A DNA stretch of 32,000 bases. Source: Cylindrospermopsis raciborskii Cr2010. GTDB lineage: Bacteria > Cyanobacteriota > Cyanobacteriia > Cyanobacteriales > Nostocaceae. The position numbers and the translations under genes were made by a program. Numbering within the stretch: the first letter of the stretch is position 1; each line of letters begins with the position of its first letter. Location of the stretch: the NCBI RefSeq assembly GCF_003367075.2, contig NZ_CP065936.1, positions 1,290,001 to 1,322,000 on the forward strand, in the 5' to 3' direction. The notes below the pieces were generated by a model that was given only the letters and a program-made list of their open reading frames with translations, searched no databases and had not been told where the DNA came from. Shown here one piece after another: positions 31,779 to 32,000 of this stretch.

Positions 31779-31816
31779 ATTATGCCATATAATTAAGATT
31801 ATGCCATATAATTAAG
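31779..31816 (+). repeat. Perfect tandem duplication of a 19-bp unit (ATTATGCCATATAATTAAG x2)
   Basis: Copies at 31779-31797 and 31798-31816, identical and directly adjacent. Confidence 0.85.
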
Positions 31817-31849
31817 TAACTGAAGATAAGTTTCGTGAGGGGTGATGTT

Positions 31850-32000
31850 ATGCGTGTCCTACTGGTTTATCCCATATTTCCCAAAACCTTCTGGTCCTAT
31901 GAAAAAATCCTCGACCTGGTAGATAGAAAAGTCCTACTACCACCTTTAGGCCTCATTACAGTAGCTGCTATTTTACCCCAGGAATGGGAGTTTAAACTAG
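31850..32000 (+). CDS. 5' end of probable B12-binding-domain radical SAM protein (truncated by window edge)
   Basis: Open frame MRVLLVYPIFPKTFWSYEKILDLVDRKVLLPPLGLITVAAILPQEWEFKL with no stop, resembling N-termini of this family; the SAM cluster lies outside the window. Confidence 0.65.
   Translation, partial: MRVLLVYPIFPKTFWSYEKILDLVDRKVLLPPLGLITVAAILPQEWEFKL

Noticed and set aside
31779-31816. Possible CRISPR-like array
   Set aside because: Only two 19-bp units with no spacer between them and no cas genes; this is a simple tandem duplication.

Overview
This is a gene-dense cyanobacterial chromosomal segment. Protein content (short-form KaiA, Dev-type exporter, PcyA, PsbP-like, Ycf20) suggests a Nostocales/filamentous lineage, but that is inference. 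From left to right it contains: the 3' part of a urea ABC transporter operon (urtB partial, urtC, urtD, urtE); pyrG (-); an N-acetylmuramoyl-L-alanine amidase; an aldose-1-epimerase-like protein; tRNA-Lys(TTT); a PsbP-like protein; maf; pcyA; pdxA (-); a DevB/DevC/DevA-type exporter operon; glycerate kinase (-); a Ycf20-family protein (-); a small lipoprotein; a GT39-type membrane glycosyltransferase; a large hybrid sensor kinase with degenerate receivers (-); the kaiA-kaiB-kaiC clock operon; a TolC-type protein; a glycine-rich membrane protein; an S4-domain protein; a fused DhaM-HPr-EI phosphotransferase; a CPP1-like protein (-); and the 5' end of a B12-binding/radical-SAM-type gene. I found no convincing mobile element, CRISPR array or wholly new system. 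The best leads are: (1) a kaiA ORF that lacks most of the N-terminal pseudo-receiver but appears to keep a diverged remnant of its end and linker; (2) a CBS-like/PAS/HisKA/HATPase kinase with degenerate receiver-like domains, divergent from kaiABC; (3) a one-polypeptide DhaM-HPr-EI relay with no dhaK/dhaL in view; (4) a perfect 17-bp dyad upstream of devB; (5) a 19-bp tandem duplication and a nested palindromic element upstream of the right-edge gene.
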